NCBI GenBank assembly: GCA_000697335.1
Contig: JNEM01010724.1
Location: forward strand, 1-56,986
Direction: 5' to 3'
DNA from: Conidiobolus incongruus B7586
Lineage: Eukaryota
DNA length: 56,986 nucleotides
The notes below the pieces were generated by a model. That model was given only the letters and a program-made list of their open reading frames with translations. It did not search any database and was not told the origin of the DNA. The position numbers and the translations under genes were made by a program. Below are positions 23,444 to 35,908 of this stretch, one piece after another. How positions within the stretch are numbered: position 1 is the first letter of the stretch; every line of letters starts with the position of its first letter.

Positions 23444-26400
23444 ATGAGTAATAACGTTCCTATTGAACATGTTACTCAAGATCAAATTCAAGCTGAAATT
23501 GCTAATAGAAAATTAAGTGAACCAAATGTCAGTAGAACTCCAATGGACGTTTCAGCTGGCGGTGATTCAACATTTGCTCCTCCCGAAAACAGTCCTTCTG
23601 TACCTAGATCGTCAAGCTTAAAGGATAATAACCCTCCCTCACATAATGCACCATTACCTGATAGTCCAACGCACAGTATTGATAATAAATCTAATTTATC
23701 CCGCGCTGATTCTCAAAAATCTAAAGCAGCTTCCAATGTCTCAGCCAATGTAGTGTCATTAGAAAAGACTGGTGTTGCGCCTGTCAGTTTTGGTCAAACC
23801 TATACAGGTAAAGCTCAAGAGCTTTTAGAGAAGGAAGAAGATAAAGAAGAACAAACCAAGGATGGTCCTCCCATATTTATTGGTTGGAAAGAAGTGAACC
23901 AAAATCGCAAGAAAGCTTTTAGAATTCAATCCTTAGATATTGTTCAAGGCGATGTTCAATTAGAATATTATCAAAGTGTTTCAGTTATTTTTGTCACTGT
24001 ATTATTCACTTGGGCTGGTGTAGTCCTTGGTGGTGGTATCACTTGGTGTATTATTGTCATCGCCTGTGTCGGTACTTATTATAAAAATGTAGTCGAACGA
24101 TTTAGACGAAATGTTCGAGACGATGCCATACGCGAGTTGAGTATTGAAAAGATGGAACAAAATTCGGAATCTGTTGAATGGTTAAATAATTTCTTAAACC
24201 GCTTTTGGGTTATTTATGAACCTGGCCTATCTGCTACCATTGTTGCAATTGTTGACAGCGTCCTCGAAGTATCTACTCCACCATTCTTGGATTCTTTGAA
24301 GTTAACTACCTTTACGCTAGGTAATAAGGCTCCTAGAATTTTGAGTGTTCGAACCCATCCCAGAACAGATAAGGATACTGTATTGATGGATTGGGATATT
24401 GAATTCGTTCCCAATGATAACATGGATATGACTCAACGCGAGATTCAAAATCAAGTTAATCCCAAGATTGTCTTGCAGGTAAGAGTTGGAAAAGGTATTG
24501 TTGGTGCTGGTATTCCAATTTTGGTCGAAGATATTGCACTTAAGGCCACAATGCGTGTCAGAATCAAGTTTTATGACGTTTTCCCTCATATCGAAATTGT
24601 TTCATTAATGATGGTCACTGTACCAACCATTGATTATGTTCTCAAACCCATCGGTGGTGATACATTCGGATTTGACGTTGCTCACATTCCAGGCCTTCAA
24701 TCGTTTATTCGAGACCAAATCCATGCTATTCTTAAACCCATGATGTATAATCCTCACGAATTTGAACTGAAGATTGGAGATATGCTTACTGGTCCTGGTT
24801 ACAACCCTATCATTGGTCTTTTGAAGTTAACTGTCAAACAATGCAGAAACCTCAAAGGCGGAGACGCCCTTGGTCAGCCTGATCCATATGTCGCTATTAG
24901 TACCGACACTCGCGGATTACTTCAAGAAACCAAACATAAATCAGATACCAGAAATCCCAACTTTAATGAAGAGTTTACTATCATTTTATATAATTTAAGT
25001 GAAGATTTGAAGTTTGAAATTAAGGATCATAACAAATTCACTGGAGATAGTGTCATGGGTACTGCTACTTTTGATTTATCACAGCTTCAAGAAAATCCTA
25101 CTCAAGTTGATGTATCTCTTAACTTATACAAGAAGAATCTACAAACTGGTACTATTACCGTGGACACCCAATTCTTCCCAGTTATGAAGGATAGTGTTGT
25201 GCTATCTTCTCTTCACGATCCATCCTCTCTCCAAAGCGAAGTTGGTATTCTCAGATTAACACTTCACCAACTCCAAGAACTCGATCTCAGTAAATCTATC
25301 ACTGGTAAATTCACTCCCTACTGCCATATTTCTGTAAATGGTCAACGCCTACTTACAACCAGAAAGAAGAAGCGCAATAATAATCCAAGCTTTGAAGAAT
25401 ATATTGAATTGGTTGTAACTGACATCGCTAATACCACTGTTAGCATTGTTGTAAAAGATGATCGTGGACTATCTGTCGATCCTGAGCTTGGTAACTGGAG
25501 TTACCAAGTTTTGAAATTACTTGATACATCTAAAACCAACGGCTGGTACCCTTTGAGCAATTGTAAACAAGGTAAGATCCGCGTCACTGCTAAATGGCAT
25601 CCTTTATCTATTCCTGCCGATCAATCTCTCAGCGGAGGCCCTGGTTCCTCATGTATTGGCGTTGTTCGCTTAGTATTGTACCAAGCCTCTCAGCTCAAGA
25701 ATCTTGAAAAATCCACTTCTTCCCCTGATCCATTCGTTCAAGTTACTATGGGAGGTCAAGAAGTTGGACGCACTCAAGTCATTAAAAATGATGCCAATCC
25801 CATTTGGAATCGTGTAATTTTCTTCCCTGTTTACAGACCTACCGCATTAATCACATTAGAGGCATTCGACGAAAATACTATGAGAAATGACGATTCTCTG
25901 GGTACCATCGAATTCCAACTTTCCAACTTAATTGAAACCGAAGATAACATCCATTTGGCCAGAGCTCCTATTGACACATGGGATCCTCTCACTAGCAAAG
26001 GCAAACCATGCGGCTTGTTACATTATAGTGCGTCTTTTCATCCTCTTGCATTGCCTCCTCCATCCACTGCTGACGAAAAGGCTGAACCTGTTGATTCTCA
26101 AGTCGATGCTGAGGGTAATCTTATCAATACTCAACCTCCCGCAGAGCCTAAAGAGCCATACAAATGGGATTACTCACAATACAGCAAGTTTCTTGCTCAT
26201 GTCAAGATCCATTCTGCTAAAGGTCTTCCTGAAGGCAATTATCGCGCATTACTTTGTCTCAACTCGTCCAAGGTTAATAATTTCCTTACTGCCGAAGCGC
26301 AAAACAAAAATTCGTCAACTCCTATCTTCAATGCAAGCACGAGTGTATTCATCCCTGGATTAACCACCACTCAGCTCAATATTTATATTCAAGAAGGAAA

Positions 26401-27606
26401 GGATGACAGAGCTACAGATGTTGTCAGTTGGAATTGCATGGCCAACGACCTCATCGATCTTCTTGGAGAAAAGAAATGGGTTTCTTGTCGCCCCAGTGGT
26501 GAGCTTAACGTTAGTCTCGAGCTTCTTCCAGTGGATTACGACGAATCTGTCGAAGGATTTTCGCAAACTCAAGGTCGTCTTACTATTGATATTCTCGAAG
26601 GAAGAAATCTATTCGCAGCTGACTCGAGTGGTACCAGTGACCCTTATGTTGAAATCAAACTCAATGGTCACAAAATATTCAAATCTAAAGTCATTAAGAA
26701 AACTCTCAATCCGGTGTTTAATGAATCGACTGAAATTCCTATCCTTAACAGCAATGGATCATACCTATACTTCAAAGTATATGACTGGAATCGCCTTGAA
26801 ACCAAGGAATCGCTGGGTAATTTTACTTTTAATGTTGCTGATTTGACCCCCAATGAACCTTTCGAACAATATTTCACTTTAAGAGATATTTCACAGGGTG
26901 AGATCAAAGTTAGAATGACCTATAAACCTGGTCAATTGAGTCCTGCTGATATGCGTACTGGTTCCACCTACGTAGGCTATGGTAATAGTATTAAGAACGC
27001 GGCTACTTCCGTGGCCGGTACACCTACTTTCAGAGCTACTCCCTCCAATACCCCTATGGCAGTCTCCAGCTCTGAAGATATTGCTCGCGAAAGTATGGAT
27101 ACTCAATCGGTAACCTCTGTTGATAGACCTGATAGACCCAATATCCCTGGTGGCGAAGCTACCGGTGTACCTGGGGCACTTATTCTCACACTCATTGAGG
27201 CTAAAGATCTTAAGGCGGTCGATTCCAACGGTTTCAGTGACCCTTACGTTCGTGTGAAGGTTCGTGGAGAGACGCTTCATCAATCTCAAGTAATCAAGAA
27301 GTCGCTTACACCCGTTTGGAATGAAACAATAAGAATTGTCGTCCCCAGCGGAGATCCATTTTATATCATGCTATCAGTAAGTATTTTTAAATCTCATTGT
27401 TATACAATAATCTAATTCTTTTTCAGGTCAGGGATTACAACAAGATCAAATCGGATGTCAGCCTTGGAGACGTTACCTTCAACCTTTGGGATGTTATCCA
27501 AGACATCCAACCTGGAGGTCATTTCGAAACCAGCTATTGGACTAAAGAATTACTCGGTGGTGAACCTGGTCGTGTACACCTCAATTTGGAATTCCATGCT
27601 GATTAA
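23444..27606 (+). CDS. Tricalbin / extended synaptotagmin (ER-plasma membrane tether, SMP plus multiple C2 domains), about 1370 aa; exons 23444-27376 and 27427-27606
   Basis: N-terminal hydrophobic hairpin, SMP-domain start ESVEWLNNFLNRFWVIYEP, and repeated C2 motifs (QPDPYV, SPDPFV, AADSSGTSDPYV, DSNGFSDPYV). The 50-nt intron 27377-27426 (GTAAGT...TTCAG) completes the last C2 domain (LSVRDYNKIKSDVSLG). Confidence 0.95.
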
Positions 27607-28277
27607 TTTGGCTACTTAATATCAATATTATTTCAATTTCAATTTGCATTAATAAATCGAGTATTGTTTTAATTTTAATTGATTCAACTCACATATTTAT
27701 TTACTTTTATATAGTTATATATTTATGCAGTCATCAATTTTAAAATATACTTGTAAATTTATTAGGCACTAAATAATTAATTTTAAATTATAAAATTTAA
27801 ACCAAATTTATTGAAAATTGCCTAATCAAACAAAGGCTATTTCGAAAAAACATCAATTAGATTTTTATTTGTAATAATGCAATATTAATGACATCAGAAA
27901 TCTTTTATTTCAAAATTTCATATTTGAACATAGGATATCCAGTTAAAATAAAATCGGTTTAATTATATTCAAGCAGATTAAATCAAATTTCATAGCTATT
28001 TGAAGCGTTTAATATTGAAATCATACTGAGTTAATTATTTTGTAAAAAAATATAATTGATGTCTTAAATAATTTGATAGGTTGACATATTACTTAATTCA
28101 TTATTATGAGGTAATCCTTTAATTTGAATAATTGACCAAATTTAATATATTAAATAAATAATTTTTCACTTTGGATTAAACAAATGAAGAAAATGAAAAT
28201 ATAAAAAAGTGATTTATATAATATGAACAGTTAAATATGGCAAAAAAACAAAAATATAATTTAAATAAATCAATAAA

Positions 28278-28592
28278 CTAAATTAAATACTTCATATGAA
28301 ATAATCCAAATATAAAAGTCCAAAACGACCAATAACAAGTAGTACTCAAAGAGTAATTACGTCTAAAACAGATATAAGCACAGAGTGCAGATTCTATCAA
28401 ATGAATGTATAGTAGCATTTTCCATACAATTTGGCAGAATGTATTTGTAAAAAATCGATTCAAAGGGATTAGTATGGATGGGTAGTGATAAGGATGTGAT
28501 AATAAATATGCAGTGGGCCAGATGAAGGCAAATGTTAAAAGTTTGGTGGTGCTGGGAGCACGTCTTGGTTCGTTGGGCTTATTTTGTAACAT
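28278..28592 (-). CDS. Small membrane protein, TMEM254/DUF4499-like
   Basis: 104 aa with about three hydrophobic segments and the motif IHLIES..A..C.R......YW.FWTFIFG, which resembles TMEM254. Confidence 0.7.
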   Translation of the reverse strand: MLQNKPNEPRRAPSTTKLLTFAFIWPTAYLLSHPYHYPSILIPLNRFFTNTFCQIVWKMLLYIHLIESALCAYICFRRNYSLSTTCYWSFWTFIFGLFHMKYLI

Positions 28593-29277
28593 TAGTTAAG
28601 GGTAAAGATTTATGAATTGTTTTGTTACCTTTCTATCACTCATAATGGAGAGTAACAATTTGAATTTTAAATCTAGGACTGATTTTCCTTGATCTTTTAA
28701 AATATAAAAAATTAAAATATTTATGGGATATTGGTTGAAGTATAATTAAGTCATTATCTTGTAAATTATTGAAGTGATAAACCTTTGTTTTCAGTCATGA
28801 ATTCATCATTCAAAAACTCAATACACTTTCAATTATATTATAATAAAATTCAATAATAATAAATATCTTATTAAGGAATTTAATATTGATACCAGTTAAT
28901 AGTTTGAAATTTTTAGTTACTGGCTAAAATCTAAATTTTGAACCAAGGAAAAAAATGCATAATATATATATATTTCAATATTATGAATTATATTATGATA
29001 TGACGATTTTGTAATTATATCAATGAAAAAATAATTAAATATTAATCTAAAATTGAAATATATAAGGTATTTTATTGACTATATAATAATAAAATAAATC
29101 ATTTTCAAGTAATACATTAATATATATAAAGAAATCATGAGATCATTATAAAAGTTTGAGGTAAAATTAAATATATGCACAGAAAATGAAGACATTAAGA
29201 ATAAAAATGATTTATAGTGAAATTAAAATCGAAATAAATTTTGAAAATATTATGAGTTTTGTAATAGTAAAAATTGG

Positions 29278-29351
29278 GATCTCGTGGTGTAGTTGGTTAT
29301 CACGTCTGTCTAACACACAGACGGTCCTCAGTTCGAATCTGAGCGAGATCA
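29278..29351 (+). tRNA. tRNA-Val(AAC)
   Basis: GATCTCG TG GTGTAGTTGGTTATCAC G TCTGT CTAACAC ACAGA CGGTC CTCAG TTCGAAT CTGAG CGAGATC A, followed by a T-run. Confidence 0.95.
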
Positions 29352-29433
29352 TTTTAAATGTTTCATTACCCTATTTTTGAAATTTTCAAACTATTACTTT
29401 ATTAACCCTAAATTAATTTTCGATACTATTTTC

Positions 29434-30006
29434 CTATGACCTGACTTTCTGCAACATGATTAATATACTCTTTTTAAGGTTTGAAGTAATAATATTAGCA
29501 TCAATAGGTTTTGGAAATTTCAACTGTTTGAGATAATTTCTTTCATAACTTTCTCATGTGATTGATTGGAATTCTGGTGAGTTCACTGAGTCTTGGGATT
29601 GGATCTTGGTATAGTTGCCATTAGATACTTGACTATCTTTTACAGTTTTAATTTGATCAATTACTGACTTGTTAGATGCAGGCACTGAACATTTGATCCT
29701 CAAACTCAATATCCATAGAATCTTTATTAACATCTGGAACAGCTATCATCATTTTGTGCATTGTATTACATTCGTAAACACCAGTATCGGGTTCAATATA
29801 GCCTTTGTAAAATTTTAAATGTTTGTAGGTCTTTGAATTCTGCAATATCTGTGTTGGTGAAAACTAGGAACAAGGAATCTTGGAATTGTAATGAGAACAT
29901 TGATACAGTTTTTGAAATGACTTCTTGTAGGTTAATACTTGTTTTTGACGTTTTGTTATAGCATTGGAGTTGTATTAATTAAGGAAATAACAATAATCCA
30001 TAACAT
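29434..30006 (-). pseudogene. HSP20 pseudogene, paralog of the 753-1235 gene
   Basis: Minus-strand pieces YIEPDTGVYECNTMHKMMIAVPDVNKDSMDIEFEDQ and NGNYTKIQSQ...EFQSIT*ESYERNYLKQLKFPKPIDANIITSNLKKSIL align to YSPNLDIIES...ELPGVLRENMKIDFND and DGYTKLKAQ...EYEVITSEIAQGEFKRSVQFTKEINFEKISASLKDGIL. Stops and frameshifts are present; the 5' boundary is uncertain. Confidence 0.7.
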
Positions 30007-30369
30007 TTAAATAATTAAATTTTGAAAATTGGAGTAAAATTTAAAATATTTCGGAACTTTCACTAATGATACCATTTTGTGTATAAGATTTTGATGCTTT
30101 TGAATGACTCAATTTTAATATATCAATGCAATATAGGTTAGTAATATGATATTAATTTTTAATGATTTAATGGTATTTAACTATAGATGATTATAATGAT
30201 CATCTCAATAATTCTTTAAACATTTTAACAACTTTTAGTTTGGTTTTATTATCGTATAAATAATTTCATTGGTAATTAAAAAATAGCATATATTTCAATT
30301 TGTTCATACTCTTAACAAAAATAATAATCTAATAATTTTATTCCAATAATAACAACGTATAATAATCAA

Positions 30370-31020
30370 AAACCAATTTCATGATACACCAATTTAGAAT
30401 GATCTTCGCTAAAGTACTTGACCAACTTAAATCCATATTTTTTCTGAAATAGGTACGGTTACCAAATGTAATCACCGTCCCACATCCTATCGAATGGTAC
30501 TTCCACTTGAGTGAACCATTTGGGTTGCATTTCTTCTAATCTAAACTCAAATTAATGCATTAAAATTTCTCCTTCATAATCCTCACACAAAAAATATTTC
30601 TATTTCATATCAAGTTGGATCATTCGATAATACGAATTTCAAATTTCTAGAGGAATTTATTCTTTGGTTGTTAGACCACACTTTTAAACAGATTAATAAA
30701 ATAATTGAAGTAATAATGGATTAGATTACTTATAATTCGCGTTTAGCTCCCTGTTCAACAGTTTCTCAAGATTATATTCACGGCCGAATTTCAGCCATCT
30801 GAAAGCACTGAATCCGCATTTTTGCGAACTAGCAATACATTCATTTTATTAATAATACTTTTATGTTAAGTTATATAAAATTAAGTTAACATTGGATCCA
30901 AAACAATAATTAGGGTATAAAACTTATTAGTTAAAATGAGTATTGATAAAGATCAATTTTTGAAAGGATTTGGATTTGTTGATTTGGTATGGAAAATTGG
31001 ATGGTCGTTAACTCTCAATA
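30370..31020 (-). pseudogene. Nudix hydrolase pseudogene, MTH1/NUDT1 (8-oxo-dGTPase)-like, retaining intron remnants
   Basis: Fragments KFYTLIIV, VLLVRK.KCGFSAFRW..FGRE*S*ETVEQGAKREL*, CGLT and EEMQPKWFTQVEVPFDRMWDGDYIW*PYL match MTH1 motifs ([54 protein letters not shown]....IPFKDMWPDDSYWFP). Multiple stops and frameshifts; boundaries approximate. Confidence 0.8.
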
Positions 31021-31617
31021 TGGATTATTTGTATAAGTTTGTTGAATGTATTCTTCACGGTATGAAATATTATATAGAATTAGTGACTTTTTTCGTCACT
31101 GATTTTGTCGTTTGAGCCGCTCATATGAAGATTATATCGCGCCCTTATTTCCTTTATCATCTTTGACCTTTGTTTAATTTAAAAATTTGAAATTTTTTGA
31201 TATTGGTCAGTGTTTTATTGATGTAGTTATTGTGCTGAAGTTGATTAGTTGACATATATTCAATGGAAGTTTCACTACAATTCAAAGATTTTTTGATTTG
31301 AAATTGCATTAGTTACCAGATTCCCAACTAGATGATGTCTTGTGTGGGAGTACTTGATACTGGGATTATCACTAATGGATATTGTCAATATAAATCTATT
31401 ACTAGCAATCTTGGATAAGATAATCACACACTATTGTGATCAAATAATCATTAAAAGGTTATTTAATCAGTTTTATTTTTACAAAAATAACGATGTTCAA
31501 TTAATATGAAAAACTCAATTTAAAATATATAAAATTGATCATAAAAATGGGGGAAATCTGGTGATATTTTAAAAATAATGTGAATTTTATTAAATAAGTC
31601 TAAATTGGTTAGTGTAT

Positions 31618-33083
31618 TTACATATTAAAATGATTCTTCCTGATATTCTCGCCGATACCATCAGTGGAGAAGGGCTGCTCCCAGACGAATTCCTCATAAT
31701 AAACTTCATTCGAGTCGGACGAGCAATTCTTGTTGCAGGAATATATTAACAAAGTACCAAAATCTAAGGAACGATCCATTGTAAAATCGAGATTGAGGTA
31801 ATTGAGAAGTTGGGGCAAAAGCTGCAATTCGAATTTGCGAGGCTCGTCACAGTTGGGACATTTGGGAATTTCTTCGGGTGTGAGTTGATTGATGTCGCTA
31901 ACCCAGAGAGGTTCTGAATTCTCATCAAATTCGTCATCTTCGTTGTCGTAGAAGGTTCTGACGTAACGGAGTACTTGATCAGGATCGAATTCCACACGCT
32001 TTTGGAACTTGAGGAAGGTTTTGTCCACTCCAGTTTCGGTGTTTTCGTATTGTTCTTCCCCAGGCTTGATTAAGGCCATCTTATTGGCTTCGGCCTCCTT
32101 GGCTTCTTCGACTCTGAAGCGGTCCAATGTGTCTTTAATGCGGAGCGCTTCTTCCTCCTTCATTTCTTCCTCGGTCATTTCGGGCTCGCTAACCAAGTAG
32201 TGTTCAGGGTAGGCGAAGCGTCCCAATGTTAACTTGTCAATGGGGAATGAGGGAGTATCGGGTTGAGTGGCAAGAACTGTACATTGAGTCTTGTGCCCAT
32301 TACTCCAATGCTCAAGCTGGTGAGCTCTTGAGCAGTACTTGACACGCTTACACTTGGAGCACTGCTTATTACCATGGAGACCACAGAGCGGACATTTATA
32401 GTGATCGGGACTGATGGAAGTGTTGAGTTTCCAAACAATATCATCTTCCTCAACATCGTCGCCAGCGGCGGGGGATTGATCACGATCAATTACATAATAC
32501 TTGTTTTCTTTAGGTAATTGTGAACGAAAAACTTTGATACATTTGAGACGTTCTTCTTGGTGACAGATATTATTCTCACACACGAATACGTATAACATGC
32601 GGTGATAAGCATCAGCAGGTTGATCTTCGGGAGTATACATCTAATCATAAACGAACTATTAGTAAAGAGGTCTATAAAAAATACAGTGCCAAGTTTCAAT
32701 AGTTGAGAGAGTGTGCTATGATCAGTAGGAACAATTGATGTGAAATCATGGTTTGTTGCGTATTTGGATTAATATCATTGAGATTCCCATAAAGTCATCA
32801 TATAACACAGACTCTCCAAAATTTTATTATTTGTATTAGTTAACTCACCTGTAACAAAAAGCGCAAGGGATTCTTACATATACCACAGGTTACCTTCTCG
32901 GCAGGTAATGGGTGATCGGGATGCAACCAAACCTGAAAATGAAGGATAAGTCAAAGGCTCAAAACTAAACATTTCACAATAACAACTTACCGGACGACCT
33001 CCGATCTTGGAAGGAAAAACCAACTCCTGAGGCAGAATAGCTTTAGGATCGTTTAACACGAAACCCAACTGAACTTGAGTCAT
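31618..33083 (-). CDS. PDCD2: Programmed cell death protein 2 (zf-MYND plus PDCD2_C; uS5 chaperone family); exons 33083-32991, 32932-32849, 32640-31618
   Basis: Spliced N-terminus MTQVQLGF...FPSKIGGRP|VWL...VTCGICKNPLRFLLQ|MYTP...YHRMLYVFVC. MYND finger CPLC...CSKCKRVKYCSRAHQLEHW...HK..C; C-terminus PDQVLRY...PLW...IPKCPNC..R.FELQLLPQLL...DFGTLLIYSC..C. Confidence 0.95.
32707..32816 (-). ncRNA. Intronic double-guide box C/D snoRNA (U79/SNORD79-type D' guide plus snR41/U62-type D guide)
   Basis: Lies in the 208-nt intron 2 of PDCD2. Elements: terminal stem GAGAGT..GTGTTAT/ATAGCACACTCTC, C box ATGATGA (32801-32795), guide TGGGAATCTC, D' ATGA (32778-32775), C' ATGATTT (32749-32743), guide CAATTGTTCCT, D box CTGA (32725-32722). 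The guides are complementary to conserved LSU GAGAUUCCCA and SSU AGGAACAAUUG. Confidence 0.9.
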
Positions 33084-34511
33084 ATTGTTATATTAAAAAG
33101 AGAGAGAAAGATTAAGAATTCATTGACTTAGTAAATTTAAGAGGATATATTATCAATTAATATTCCCTTAAATTTTCGAGTAGTCAATTGCTGTGAATTG
33201 AATTTTAGACAAAAAATTTTCATATCTAATAATAGTTACAATCGACTTAATTTTTATTATGGGATTGTTTGTTGTATATTCATTCAATATTTGAAAATAA
33301 ACAATATAAATTTATGAATCATAGTTTGAAATATTTATATTATTATATATATAGAGCTAAATACCAAGGTATTAATAATTAAATTTTTTGAAATACTTAT
33401 GATTTCCAATATTTAAATTAGTTATATTCATTTTATGTCAAGAATTAATATTAAATAAAAGGAATTTGATGAATTTTAACTGAATTTATTAAAATTTAAT
33501 TAATACTTATTATTATTAAAAATAATATTAATACTATATAACAGGCAACTTTAATCGCAATTAATAAATACAAAATTTAATGATATATTTAATAATTACT
33601 GATTTTCCGAGAGCTGAATAATAAAAATTAGTTCTAAAGTGCTTTATTAAAATAATGTTTAAAAATATAATTTAGAGATAAAAGGATAAATTGTGTTTTT
33701 TAAAAATCTTATATTGAAATGTGTTTTATGATAAAAGTGATTTTTTATTATTGATAAAAAATATACGATTACATTAAATAAACATTTGTTATTTTCTAGA
33801 TTTATTTTGATTTCAATATTAATTTTTATAATTTTACAGTGTTTTGTCATTCAATTATAATTTAATAGAAGGATCAATATATGAAATATTCGTTAAATTA
33901 TTACGTATATTACAAAGTTATTAATTTAAATAAAATATCTACTAGTCCAGAAAGTCACATATTGAAAGTACCTATAAATAATCACGGCTTTATATTTATT
34001 GCTATAATCAATTTTACACACATATTCAACAAAATATTAATTTTATCAAATACAATATCAAAATAAAAAATATACATGATTTTAGCAAAAAATTGGCATT
34101 AATTTGTCAATTATGATTGAATTTATATAATATTTTAATTTTTTTGAGAACTAATTATTGTAACAATATTTATACTAAATATCTATTTATTATAAAGATG
34201 TTATAAATATAATAATATAATATCTTGATATTTTAATCTATTTCAATTTAACATTATATGTTAATTTTGCCATATTAAAATTCAAATTTTTATCCTAATA
34301 ATGTCAAAACAATGTTTTATTATTATGATTCAAAAATTTTACAAAATTTTTCATAATATATAAATAAATAAATAATATTGTGAATTGAGCTAAATTATTA
34401 AGAATGCATTGAATTTAAATTTTGTATTTATATCATTATTTTAGTCATGGAACGACTAAAAATATTTACAAAAATATAATAAAATATATTGAAAGAATCG
34501 GTAGTGTGCAA

Positions 34512-34583
34512 CTCCGATACAGGGAATCGAACCCTGGCCGTCTCGGTGAAAGCGAGAAATCCTAACCACTGGACCATATCGGA
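34512..34583 (-). tRNA. tRNA-Glu(TTC)
   Basis: Reverse complement TCCGATA TG GTCCAGTGGTTAGGAT T TCTCG CTTTCAC CGAGA CGGC CAGGG TTCGATT CCCTG TATCGGA G. Confidence 0.95.
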
Positions 34584-35400
34584 TTGATTAATGTAAAATT
34601 TTATTTAATTTCAATAATTCGAATTCCACTTTATCAATTGTTTAGATCTATAATTATACTCTTCATATTATAATTTTTATTATCCATATTTTAACTTAAA
34701 ATTATCAATTTCTTTACATACATTAATCCAAAATTTTTATTTATTTATTTATCACTCCTGTGCAATTTTTCCCTTTCTACAGTTCATTATTTTATTCTTT
34801 TTAAGAATTAAATAATTTAAATTATTCAATAATCATCATTAAAATAATAATCAAAATACTACATTCACACCCCTATAAATCAATTATTCTCAAATATAGA
34901 TTTGCCAAAGACACATTTTTATCATAATAATTAACCATAAAATCAATCATAAATAGCAATTATCAAAGCTTGATCTATCTAATTTTATAAGTACTTTAAT
35001 AAAAACAACTAATGCATAGGAAATGAATTCATAATGATAATATAAAAAATATCATATGACAAATTGGTTTAAATTTTATCAGATTTAGTAACTTGAATTT
35101 CAAGAATGATTTCATAAAACGTAAAGCAAATATTCATTGATAAACTGGTATCAAGGCTAAAATTATGGTGTAATGTTTTTTCCAATATTAGAAAATTTTA
35201 TTAGCATATTGCTTACAGATGGTGAGATCCATAGTCAATCATTTTAGTCATTTTTATAAAGGTTTGATTAAAATGTGTTAAACCGGATATATTTAACACA
35301 TATTTAATCAGTTAGATTATTATGTTCAAAGTATATAAATATCTCAAAGTACTTGATGGCTATTTTCAAAGACTAATAGTATTAATATATAAAATAAAAA

Positions 35401-35670
35401 ATGAAAGTTACCAAAACTGACGCTAAGAAAGATCAAATGGCTGGCAAAGTGAAGAAATCTTTAGGTAAAGCTTTGTGTAATCCTTCGCTTCAGATTAAGG
35501 GCGAAATCCAACAGTCTCAAGGAGATGCTAAGATGAAATTAGCAAAATCTCAAGGCTACTATCAGGGTGTCAAGCATAGTACCAGAGGTGATATGAAGCG
35601 CATTAAAGGTCATCTAGGTGCCCGTCGACATAAAATGAAGGGGAACTTACTTAAAAAAATTAATAGTTAA
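35401..35670 (+). CDS. Small basic CsbD-like (Hmp1-like) stress protein
   Basis: 89 aa; DQMAGKVKKSLGKALCNPSLQIKGEIQQSQGDAK matches the CsbD-type pattern (D...G..KE..G...G...L..EG..QQ..G.A). TATATAAATA lies upstream at about 35332. Confidence 0.7.
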   Translation: MKVTKTDAKKDQMAGKVKKSLGKALCNPSLQIKGEIQQSQGDAKMKLAKSQGYYQGVKHSTRGDMKRIKGHLGARRHKMKGNLLKKINS

Positions 35671-35908
35671 ATGCCCATATATATTATATTTTTGTAATTT
35701 TTGTAAAGAACAAATAAAAAAATGTAAAATATTAAATTTTTATTTTGTAATTTATCGATTGTTGAATTAGATATACCATATTGTTTTAAGGGATTGTTAT
35801 ATTGTTAATTCATATTTACAAATGATATTTAATAGTGTATTAGTTAATGAATAGATATAATATATACATATATGATGAGTAAATGAAGCTGTGATATTTT
35901 ATCGTATT

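Noticed and set aside
24214..27289. Several antisense or alternate-frame ORFs inside tricalbin (similar ones occur inside PDCD2, NDUFAF7 and the TF genes)
   Set aside because: Shadow ORFs of real coding sequence, with no independent motifs.
29186..29380. 64-aa ORF
   Set aside because: It overlaps tRNA-Val and is a spurious translation.
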